DNA of 15,873 bases, taken from an uncultured bacterium (GTDB lineage: Bacteria > T1Sed10-126). Under the pieces are notes generated by a model that saw only the letters and a program-made list of their open reading frames with translations, had not been told where the DNA came from and made no database searches. Shown one piece after another: positions 8,182 to 15,587 of the stretch (the first letter of the stretch is position 1; every line of letters starts with the position of its first letter). The position numbers were made by a program, and so were the translations under genes. The DNA lies in assembly GCA_964566495.1 (NCBI GenBank), contig CAZMIT010000035.1, positions 1-15,873 of the forward strand. The letters run 5' to 3'.

Positions 8182-9341
8182 CTCGCAAAATACTACACGT
8201 GGACATGGACGCTTTCTTTGCCCGGGTTGAGAAAGTGGATCGTCCCGAGCTTCGTGGAGAAGCAGTAGTAGTTGGCGGTCAGAGCGAACGGGGAGTCGTC
8301 TCCACCGCCTGCTATCGAGCCCGCCAGCACGGGATTCACAGCGCCATGCCAATGAGGCAAGCGCGTCAGCTATGTCCGCAGGCTGAATTTTTGCCGGTGC
8401 GAGGTGAACGTTACAAAAAAGTTTCCAAAAATCTGTTACAAATTATGCGTTCTTACACACCGCAGGTGGAACCGGTTTCCCTGGACGAGGCTTATCTCGA
8501 CGTTAGCGGTGTGCTCCACCGCTATAATTCAGCTTATCAACTGGGACAGCAGATTAAGGAAGAAATTAATGAGCAAACGCACCTGACCTGTTCTGTTGGA
8601 ATCGGTCCAAACAAGATGATTGCCAAGCTGGCTTCGGAAGACTGCAAACCCGATGGGCTGCAGGAGGTGGAAGAGAAGGAAAAAGATAATTTTCTACTTC
8701 GGTTACCGCTGGGAGCAATTCCGGGGATTGGCGAGAAGACGGGAGAAAAACTACAAAATATCGGGATAGACTCGATAAGGAAGTTACGCGAAGCAGAAGT
8801 CTCTCACTTAAAACAGGAGCTGGGCATTCGAGGAATTATTCTTCAGAAACGCGTCCTCGGCGAGGATCCAACGCCTGTGAAAACTGCGGAGGAGACAAAG
8901 TCGATCAGCAACGAAGAGACTTATTCAGAAGATCTTGAGGAGCGAAGTAAAATAAAAAAATTACTTTTCCGCTTAACTGAAAAAGTTGGTCGTCGGTTGC
9001 GGGACAAAAAACTTGAGGCAAAGACGGTTGAGATAAAGGTCCGCCGGGGTGATTTTACCACTTTAACGCGTAGTTACACCGGGCGCCGGCACACCGATGT
9101 AACTGAACGGCTTTGCAAGGCTATGGCTGCTCTGTTTGATGAGGTTAAAATTGACGAGCGGGGAGTGCGACTGCTGGGTGTTGGTGTTTCTAATCTGCGC
9201 CCTGCAGACAGCCAGGAAGAACTTTTCGAGGCTTCTGATGAGCAGAGAAAAGCCAGGTTAAACGAACTGATGGACAATTTAAACGAAGAATACGGTGATC
9301 AAACAATCGTTCGCGGAGGCACAATTATTGCCCAGGACTAA
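8178..9341 (+). CDS. dinB: DNA polymerase IV (Y-family)
   Basis: HVDMDAFFA, VVSTACYRAR, SLDEAYLD, AKLASEDCKPDG, IPGIG, RLLGVGVS and clamp-binding-like QEELF. TTG start overlaps the plsY stop. Confidence 0.95.
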   Translation: MTRKILHVDMDAFFARVEKVDRPELRGEAVVVGGQSERGVVSTACYRARQHGIHSAMPMRQARQLCPQAEFLPVRGERYKKVSKNLLQIMRSYTPQVEPVSLDEAYLDVSGVLHRYNSAYQLGQQIKEEINEQTHLTCSVGIGPNKMIAKLASEDCKPDGLQEVEEKEKDNFLLRLPLGAIPGIGEKTGEKLQNIGIDSIRKLREAEVSHLKQELGIRGIILQKRVLGEDPTPVKTAEETKSISNEETYSEDLEERSKIKKLLFRLTEKVGRRLRDKKLEAKTVEIKVRRGDFTTLTRSYTGRRHTDVTERLCKAMAALFDEVKIDERGVRLLGVGVSNLRPADSQEELFEASDEQRKARLNELMDNLNEEYGDQTIVRGGTIIAQD

Positions 9342-9380
9342 ACTGCAAAACTTATAATTTTTGTAACTATTCACCTTATC

Positions 9381-9434
9381 TCCCCCCCCTTGAGGGGGAA
9401 ACACAAACTGACCCTCTCCCCCCAGGAGAAGAGG
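9381..9434. repeat. Two C-rich/G-rich palindromic REP-like hairpins
   Basis: CCCCC-TTGA-GGGGG (9385-9398) and CCTCTCCCCCCAGGAGAAGAGG (9413-9434). Similar hairpin at 15512-15530. Confidence 0.5.
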
Positions 9435-9489
9435 ATAGATGAGTAATTATCAATTTTTGATAAAATACTACAATTGATTTAAAGTTTAA

Positions 9490-9560
9490 TCATGGGCTCA
9501 CTCCGGCAATCCATGTTAAAATCCCGGTGGGAATGGATTTCTCTTTTCGCTGGAATGACG
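9490..9560. repeat. Degenerate CGTC-type REP doublet (REPIN remnant)
   Basis: Forward remnant TCAT...CCGGCAATCCAT (9490-9514) faces reverse copy ATGGATTTCTCTTTTCGCTGGAATGACG (9533-9560), with the same ends as the intact copies at 12368 and 15011. Confidence 0.6.
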
Positions 9561-9607
9561 GATTTTTAGAGTGAACTCAATAATCGGAAATAAAAGGAGA
9601 GTAAAGA

Positions 9608-10597
9608 ATGGCAACTGAGACTGTAGTTAGCGGCATGCGGCCTACGGGTCCACTTCACCTTGGCAATTATTTTGGAGCTTTGAAGACCTGGTTAGAATTA
9701 CAGGAAGTGGAGACGTGTTACTTTTTTATCGCTGACTGGCATGCTTTGACAACTGGTTACGAAGAACCGCAAGAATTAGACCAAAACAGTCGTGATGTTC
9801 TTATTGACTGGCTGGCTGCAGGCCTGGATCCGGAAAAATGTGTAATTTTTAAACAGTCTGACGTTCCTGAACACGCCGAACTCCATTTGCTTTTAGAGAT
9901 GTTAACCCCGGAATCATGGTTAAAGCGTAATCCTACTTACAAGGCGGCCAGAGAGCAACTTGACAAAAAAAAGACAAGCAACGTAGGCTTCCTCTCCTAC
10001 CCGGTGTTACAGACGGCAGATGTTTTAGCCCACAGAGGAACTAAGGTGCCGGTTGGCAAGGATCAGAAACCGCACCTGGAAATGGGTCGAGAAATTGTTC
10101 GCCGGTTCAACCACCTCTACGAGGCCAACCTGCCGGAGATGAAGGCGCTTATCCGGCAAACTCCACAGCTACAGGGGCTGGATGGTCGTAAAATGTCTAA
10201 GAGCTATAACAATTGTATTTATTTGAGCGACTCCCCGGCTACACGCGAGGAGAAGATAATGTCGGCCAAAACCGATAGTGGTCCCGAACCTGGCGCCACA
10301 CTGCCAGAGGAGGGACCGGTGGCCAACCTGTTTACACTCCTCGAGTTATTCGGAGCTCCAGATACACTTGTTGATTACGAAGAAGAATATCGGGCCGGTG
10401 AGATACAGTATGGTTACATGAAACAGGACCTGGCGGCCGCTTTGAACAGTTACTTTGAGAAATTCGACGCCCGGCGAAGAGAGCTTGAGGAAGCCCCGGG
10501 TGAGCTAAACAAAGTTTTAACTCGAGGTCGCGAGCAAGCGAGATCCAGCGCCGCTGAGACCCTGAACATCGTGCGCAAAAAAATGGGGCTTGCATAA
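9608..10597 (+). CDS. trpS: Tryptophan--tRNA ligase
   Basis: SGMRPTGPLHLGNY (HIGH equivalent), FIADWHALT, YPVLQTAD, VPVGKDQ..HLE and KMSKS. AAGGAG RBS. Confidence 0.97.
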   Translation: MATETVVSGMRPTGPLHLGNYFGALKTWLELQEVETCYFFIADWHALTTGYEEPQELDQNSRDVLIDWLAAGLDPEKCVIFKQSDVPEHAELHLLLEMLTPESWLKRNPTYKAAREQLDKKKTSNVGFLSYPVLQTADVLAHRGTKVPVGKDQKPHLEMGREIVRRFNHLYEANLPEMKALIRQTPQLQGLDGRKMSKSYNNCIYLSDSPATREEKIMSAKTDSGPEPGATLPEEGPVANLFTLLELFGAPDTLVDYEEEYRAGEIQYGYMKQDLAAALNSYFEKFDARRRELEEAPGELNKVLTRGREQARSSAAETLNIVRKKMGLA

Positions 10598-12265
10598 ATG
10601 TTTAAAAAGATTGCTCTCGCCCAGATTAATACAACTGTGGGAGATTTCAGTGGTAACCTGGAGAAAATAATTTCTTTTGCCGAACAAGCAGAAAGCGCCG
10701 GGGCCGGGCTGGTCTGTTTTCCCGAGCTAGCTCTCTGTGGTTATCCGCCCCGTGACCTGTTATTTCGCTCAGCTTTTCTTCGTTATAACGAAAAATCACT
10801 TGAAGAACTGTGCAAGCGGGTTACCAGTATTGACCTGATAGTCGGATATGCTTCCAGTCTTTCGAGAGAAAAAGGCAAACAGGCTCAAAATAGCCTGGTC
10901 TGGATAAGAGACGGCGAAGTGATTTATGAATACAACAAGAATTTGTTGCCTGTTTACGATGTTTTTGACGAAGAGCGGCATTTCAAAGCCGGCGAACCGC
11001 CGGAAGTATTCGACGACCTGGTTTTGACCATTTGTGAGGACATCTGGTATGCACCCGAGCTGGAGAGTGATTTTCTGGCAGACGATTACGATCAGCGACC
11101 GTTAGACCAGGTTGAGATGTCGGCGGAGACTGCCGTATTAAACACGGCCGCCTCCCCTTTTGTTCGCGGTAAAGAAGAGTTCCGCGACGAGTTGTTTGCG
11201 CACCTGACGCAGCGTTACGAGATACCGCTGCTATTTTGCAACCAGGTGGGCGGGAACGACTCACTCATATTTGACGGCAACTCCCGGGCCTGCGCCAGGA
11301 CCGGCGAAGTCATCGCCCGGGGGGCACCTTTCGAAGAAGACTTATTAATAGTGGAACGACAGGAATTGCTTGACGGTGACAGTCGGGATAAGGTTATAAC
11401 CCCGGCAACAAATTTTCCTAAAAAAGAAGAGGCAACAGTTTATAGAGCTCTGGAACTGGGGTTATCCGATTACCTTGAAAAATGTGGTTTTGAGCAGGTG
11501 CTGCTTGGGATATCCGGGGGTTTAGACTCATCGCTGGCGGCAACGATTGCGGCTGACGCTCTCGGCCCAGAAAATGTCCTCGGCGTTTTAATGCCCAGCC
11601 AGATAACCAGCAAGGAGAGCATCGAGCACGCCGAACAGCTGGTCGATAACCTGGGTATGGAAAGCCGTCTTTATAAAATTGAGGAGCTTTTCGACAGTTA
11701 TCTTGAACTGCTGCAGGAGGATTTTAAGGAGACCGAGTGGGATACGACGGAGGAGAATATCCAGGCACGAATCCGGGGCAACATACTGATGGCCCTCTCC
11801 AACAAGTTTGGTCACCTGCTCATTTCGCCCGGTAACAAATCGGAACTGGCCGTCGGCTACTGCACCCTGTATGGTGATATGACCGGTGGGCTGGCGCTGC
11901 TCTCCGACGTGCCCAAAACCCTGGTTTACCGTCTGGCAGAGTATCGCAACGAAAAGTCGGCCGTCATACCGGAAATAATCCTGGAAAAACCACCGTCGGC
12001 GGAGCTGGCCCCGGACCAGAAGGATACGGACGATTTGCCGTCCTATGAGGTGCTTGACCAGTTGATTGAACTCTACGTGGAAAAACATTGTTCAATGCGT
12101 GAGATGATTGAGGCCGGATTTGAACCCGGTCTGGTGAGGGAAATAGTACGTAAAATAGACTATAACGAATACAAACGTCAGCAGGCCCCGGTTGGTTTTA
12201 AAGTCACTTCTAAATCGTTTGCCACCGGCTGGGAGATGCCGATCGCCCAAAAATTCATACCGTAG
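10598..12265 (+). CDS. nadE: Glutamine-dependent NAD+ synthetase
   Basis: Nitrilase domain with E-K-C triad (FPELAL, YNKNLLP, ICEDIW) fused to a synthetase domain (GISGGLDS, ENIQARIR, GNKSE, GYCTLYGD, PPSAEL). ATG directly follows the trpS TAA. Confidence 0.97.
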   Translation: MFKKIALAQINTTVGDFSGNLEKIISFAEQAESAGAGLVCFPELALCGYPPRDLLFRSAFLRYNEKSLEELCKRVTSIDLIVGYASSLSREKGKQAQNSLVWIRDGEVIYEYNKNLLPVYDVFDEERHFKAGEPPEVFDDLVLTICEDIWYAPELESDFLADDYDQRPLDQVEMSAETAVLNTAASPFVRGKEEFRDELFAHLTQRYEIPLLFCNQVGGNDSLIFDGNSRACARTGEVIARGAPFEEDLLIVERQELLDGDSRDKVITPATNFPKKEEATVYRALELGLSDYLEKCGFEQVLLGISGGLDSSLAATIAADALGPENVLGVLMPSQITSKESIEHAEQLVDNLGMESRLYKIEELFDSYLELLQEDFKETEWDTTEENIQARIRGNILMALSNKFGHLLISPGNKSELAVGYCTLYGDMTGGLALLSDVPKTLVYRLAEYRNEKSAVIPEIILEKPPSAELAPDQKDTDDLPSYEVLDQLIELYVEKHCSMREMIEAGFEPGLVREIVRKIDYNEYKRQQAPVGFKVTSKSFATGWEMPIAQKFIP

Positions 12266-12538
12266 AAAAAGATTTTTAAAAAATTTCCTGTTCTTTGAGC
12301 CACGTTAAAAATAAGAGAGTTTAAATTATTTAAAATGGTTTTTCATTTTCGTAGTTTTGCTCTTGACCGTCATTCCCGCGGAAGCGGGAATCCAGAGACT
12401 TTGAATTTAAACAGTCTATGGTCACCGGCCAAAAGGCATTGGTTGAAGCTCGAAAGGTCAACGTCAAAGCCACTGGATTGTCCGGTCAAGCCGGACAATG
12501 ACGCCCGAAAATCTCTGGATTGCCCGGTTAAGCCCGCA

Positions 12539-12672
12539 ATGACAAACACAGAAGGACGTCATCCCGGCCTCCGAGCCGGAAAATACCAGCTTAAAGTTCA
12601 AAGCCAAAAGCTAAAAGCTAATTCAAATTCATTAAGTTCACATAATCTTGTTTATGTTCTTGAGCTTGACGT
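12539..12672 (+). repeat. 134-bp direct repeat, copy 1
   Basis: Ungapped hand alignment to 15101-15234 gives 117/134 identical (87%). Confidence 0.92.
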
Positions 12673-12792
12673 CATTCCGGACAAGCGACCCCGGACTTGA
12701 TCCGGGGGAGCGCGACCCGGAATCCATCTTGATTTTGACGTGGTTATTCGTTCAAGACAAAGGGGGGGGAATTGTTGTCCGGTACGGGTTAA

Positions 12793-12841
12793 AACCTATA
12801 ACTGGAAACTATAAACTGAAAACTGGAAACTGAGAACTTAA
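12793..12841 (+). repeat. Imperfect heptamer tandem repeat (AACTNNN, 7 units)
   Basis: AACCTAT AACTGGA AACTATA AACTGAA AACTGGA AACTGAG AACTTAA. Confidence 0.85.
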
Positions 12842-12975
12842 AATGGATTGCCCGGTTAAGCCGGGCAGTGGCGAGTGTAGATTGTAGATTGTCCAATCAG
12901 GCCCGGCAATGCCGTATGAACGGGCCGCATAGAGAAAAATCTTGAAGGCCAAACTGATATTAGGACTGATTAAAG

Positions 12976-13878
12976 ATGGAATTGATAGTACTTGGTGCCG
13001 GTGGATTTATGCCTGACCCGGGATTTCCCGTGCCCGGTTTTGTAGTTCGCCACGAGGGAGTTAACTATTTGCTGGACGCCGGCGAAAATTCGCAGACACA
13101 AATGGCTAAATACGGAATATCAAGGGTGAAGTTCACCGCTGTCTTAATTTCCCACATGCACGGTGACCACACCCTGGGACTGCCCGGTGTGTTAATTCGC
13201 CGGGGACAGGAAGGAGGCGAGAAGCCGTTAAGGTTGTTTGGACCTTCCGCTCTTCAGGATTACGTCAGTTCAACGCAAAAATACTTGAGTTACAAGCTTC
13301 ATTACGAGACGGAGTTTGTCTCTTTGTCAGAAAGCAAAAGCTTTACTCTGCAGAATCTCCAGCTGACCACTCAGCCGCTGATCCACCGACTTGAAGCGCA
13401 TGGTTTTGCGCTCCAGGTTTCCCGCAACAAACGTAAGTTTCACCCGGAAAAGGCCCGGTCACTTGAAATACCCGAGGGGCCGCTCTGGGGAGAGTTACAG
13501 CGGGGAGAGGTAGTAGAGCTGGAGGATGGACGGGTGATAAAACCGGAACAGGTGAGTGATCCGCCCCCCCGGGGGGAACGGTTAGTCTACATAACCGACA
13601 CGAGACCACTTGAAGAGTATCCGGCCGAGTTTCAGGAGCCCGACCTGTTGATTCACGAGGGAATGTTCCTGGAGGCTGAGCGGGAGCAAGCCGAGAAAAA
13701 ATTTCACTCAACGGCCTTAGAAGCAGCTCAAGTAGCCCAAAAACTGAACGCGAAAAGATTGCTGTTAACTCATTTCAGCCGTCGCTACGATGATCCGGGC
13801 GTTCTCGCTCGAGAGGCGGCGAAAGAATTTACGGAGGTAGGTCTGGCGAAACCGGGAATGAAAATTGAAATAGATTAA
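12976..13878 (+). CDS. rnz: Ribonuclease Z (tRNase Z)
   Basis: Metallo-beta-lactamase motif ISHMHGDHTLGLPG, LDAGE, exosite IPEGPLWGELQRG, YITDT, IHEGMF, HST and THFSRRY. Confidence 0.93.
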   Translation: MELIVLGAGGFMPDPGFPVPGFVVRHEGVNYLLDAGENSQTQMAKYGISRVKFTAVLISHMHGDHTLGLPGVLIRRGQEGGEKPLRLFGPSALQDYVSSTQKYLSYKLHYETEFVSLSESKSFTLQNLQLTTQPLIHRLEAHGFALQVSRNKRKFHPEKARSLEIPEGPLWGELQRGEVVELEDGRVIKPEQVSDPPPRGERLVYITDTRPLEEYPAEFQEPDLLIHEGMFLEAEREQAEKKFHSTALEAAQVAQKLNAKRLLLTHFSRRYDDPGVLAREAAKEFTEVGLAKPGMKIEID

Positions 13879-14900
13879 CCAAAAATCATGTAGGCTGCTA
13901 CTGCCAGCGATATTAAAATGATACCGATACCGATGAAATAGGGAATCAGCGTTAGGTCGAAGCTGGATTCGTCATCTTCCTCTGGCATGTTTACCATTTT
14001 CACTCGTTCATCTTTGAATATGTAGCCCGATCCAATCTCACCGTCCCAGAAACTGGCTTTGACTTCATAGTAGTCGTCCGGATTCCCTTCATAGGTGGGG
14101 GGGAGTTTATCGGCCACACCGACACCGAGCACTGTGGCTTCCAGCGGTTTTGAAGCGAAATCATACTTTTCGGACTGCAGCTCTTCCGGAAGTTCAGAAG
14201 AAATGGCACCAAGTGCGCGAACGTAAATTTCGTCCTCGCTCTGGAGAGACTCCGGGGGCGCTCCTTTGAAGGGTATAGTGAGGACTGAAAGTAAGTGTTC
14301 ACTTTTTAGTTCATCCTCTTCCTCATCTTCGTCTTCACCCGCCGAGCGGCGGTGTTTTTCGGCCAGAGCTCCCTTCATGCTGCGACTTAACGCCTTTTGG
14401 GTTATCAATTGAATTTTAACGCTGTAATTAAGCTTACCTTTTGGGATAATGCTGCTAATTAAGCGGTAAAACCATTCTTGCGCACTATCGTTGTCAAAAT
14501 TTTCTACGGATTGCCAGAGTTCAGATTTCTTTTCAGGTTCACGTAAAAACTTTTTTACCGACTCTCGTGCCTGTTTGTGGTCAGCCTGGGTGACCTCACC
14601 TGAAATACTGGTCACCCGTTCAAAGGTTTGCTGGAAAAGGAGGGGTTTGTCCTGCATATCAAAATTTTGCAGTTTTTCATCCGTGTCAAAGAGGGCCAGA
14701 TTAAGAGTGCGGAAGCCTGCTTCGTCGTCGGACATCTGTTCAAAGTAAAAGGCTCCGTACAATTTTTCTGTTGGCGAGGAAAAAGTTCCCCAGCCTACCA
14801 GCAACGGCGGTTCGTCTCCAACGAGCTGTGGAGTTTCTACACTGACGCTTGCTTCAACAGGTTTTTCTTCTCGTTTGATAATATCTTCCGGCTCTGGCAT
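13875..14900 (-). CDS. Hypothetical acidic protein with C-terminal transmembrane anchor (possibly DUF4899-like)
   Basis: 341-aa ORF with AGGGGA RBS about 10 nt upstream, acidic linker EDEDEEEDE and a C-terminal hydrophobic helix LIPYFIGIGIILISLAVAAYMIFG. Stop codon overlaps the rnz stop (TTAA 13875-13878). The family resemblance is recollection only. Confidence 0.75.
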   Translation of the reverse strand: MPEPEDIIKREEKPVEASVSVETPQLVGDEPPLLVGWGTFSSPTEKLYGAFYFEQMSDDEAGFRTLNLALFDTDEKLQNFDMQDKPLLFQQTFERVTSISGEVTQADHKQARESVKKFLREPEKKSELWQSVENFDNDSAQEWFYRLISSIIPKGKLNYSVKIQLITQKALSRSMKGALAEKHRRSAGEDEDEEEDELKSEHLLSVLTIPFKGAPPESLQSEDEIYVRALGAISSELPEELQSEKYDFASKPLEATVLGVGVADKLPPTYEGNPDDYYEVKASFWDGEIGSGYIFKDERVKMVNMPEEDDESSFDLTLIPYFIGIGIILISLAVAAYMIFG

Positions 14901-15010
14901 TTTTATTGATTCCCCTGCAATAAAGGTTTGTTCTACTGAAAAATGGTGGTAACCAAAAATCTACGTCATCGACTTTGACGTTGCCTTTTAGTAGATCAAA
15001 TTCAACGCCA

Positions 15011-15305
15011 CTGGATTCCCGCTTCCACGGGAATGACAATCAAAACCGAATAAACGGCAATCCAAAGAAATTGTCGTCCCGGTAGCGGATCAAGTCAGGC
15101 ATGACGAACACAGAAGCTCGTCATTCCGGCCCCCGATCCGGGAAACACCAGCTTAAAGCTCAAAGCCAAAAGCTGAAAGCTAATTTAAATTCATTAAATA
15201 CTCATACTCTTGTTCATGTTCTTGAACTTGACGTGGCTATAGTTCAACCCCGTAAAAATGGATTGTGGGTCAAGCCCTGGGACGTTATTCGTTCCCTCAA
15301 TGACG
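15011..15305. repeat. Second cluster of CGTC-type REP palindromes
   Basis: 15011-15037 rev (intact), about 15077-15106 rev (degenerate), 15119-15142 fwd, 15259-15305 rev with an internal insert. Confidence 0.8.
15101..15234 (+). repeat. 134-bp direct repeat, copy 2
   Basis: 87% identical to 12539-12672. Includes heptamers AGCTTAA AGCTCAA AGCCAAA AGCTGAA AGCTAAT (15150-15184). Confidence 0.92.
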
Positions 15306-15511
15306 TGGGAGCGCTTAATTTATTAGTGGCCACCTTTATATTGCCACCTCACATTTTACCTTTTGGGGATTGAAATGAAAAGGTTCCGAAGCGGGCGCTT
15401 TCTTGATAACATCTATGTTTAGTTTGTTGACGTTAAAATTTTCAAATCCTTAATTTTTTCACTCACAGTTTTACCGGTCATTTTTCGTATTTGTTTAGCG
15501 TCCCCATCTTT

Positions 15512-15545
15512 TCTCCCCCATTGGGGGAGAGAGGATTAAGGGGGG
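15512..15545. repeat. C-rich/G-rich REP-like hairpin
   Basis: TCTCCCCC-ATT-GGGGGAGA perfect 8-bp stem (15512-15530), followed by GAGGATTAAGGGGGG. Confidence 0.55.
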
Positions 15546-15587
15546 CGCTAAACAGGTACCATTTTTCTATAAAACAGGAGATAGAAT

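Larger units (their letters stand above)
12368..12914. repeat. Cluster of CGTC-type REP palindromes (about 7 copies, REPIN-like pairs)
   Basis: Units of (C)GTCATT-palindrome-AATCCA or the reverse: 12368-12395 fwd, 12473-12503 rev, 12515-12543 rev, 12557-12580 fwd truncated, 12670-12727 fwd nested, 12844-12873 rev, 12885-12914 rev degenerate. Confidence 0.85.

Noticed and set aside
9342..9607. Possible T-box riboswitch upstream of trpS
   Set aside because: No GGTGGNACC T-box bulge or U-tailed terminator (GGTGGGAAT at 9526 does not fit). The hairpins are explained by repeats.
12473..12543. Two tandem palindromic units of about 30 bp resembling a mini CRISPR array
   Set aside because: Only two imperfect copies with an 11-bp gap, mixed orientations elsewhere, and no cas genes. 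This fits REP elements.
12335..12700. 121-aa ORF sharing a 45-aa segment (MTNTE...LELDV) with the 90-aa ORF at 15101-15373, suggesting a small duplicated protein
   Set aside because: The similarity comes from the DNA repeat. 17 nucleotide differences cause 11 amino-acid changes, so there is no sign of purifying selection, and the frames run through REP palindromes and heptamers.
15258..15422. Possible trp attenuator leader peptide upstream of trpC
   Set aside because: The short ORFs have one Trp (MDCG...TWERLIY) or none (MKRF...IYV), with no tandem Trp codons, and the first lies within a REP.
15427..15456. Possible sigma70 promoter TTGACG-N17/18-TTAATT/TAATTT for trpC
   Set aside because: The -10 match is poor and TTGACG recurs as part of the local repeats; too weak to call.
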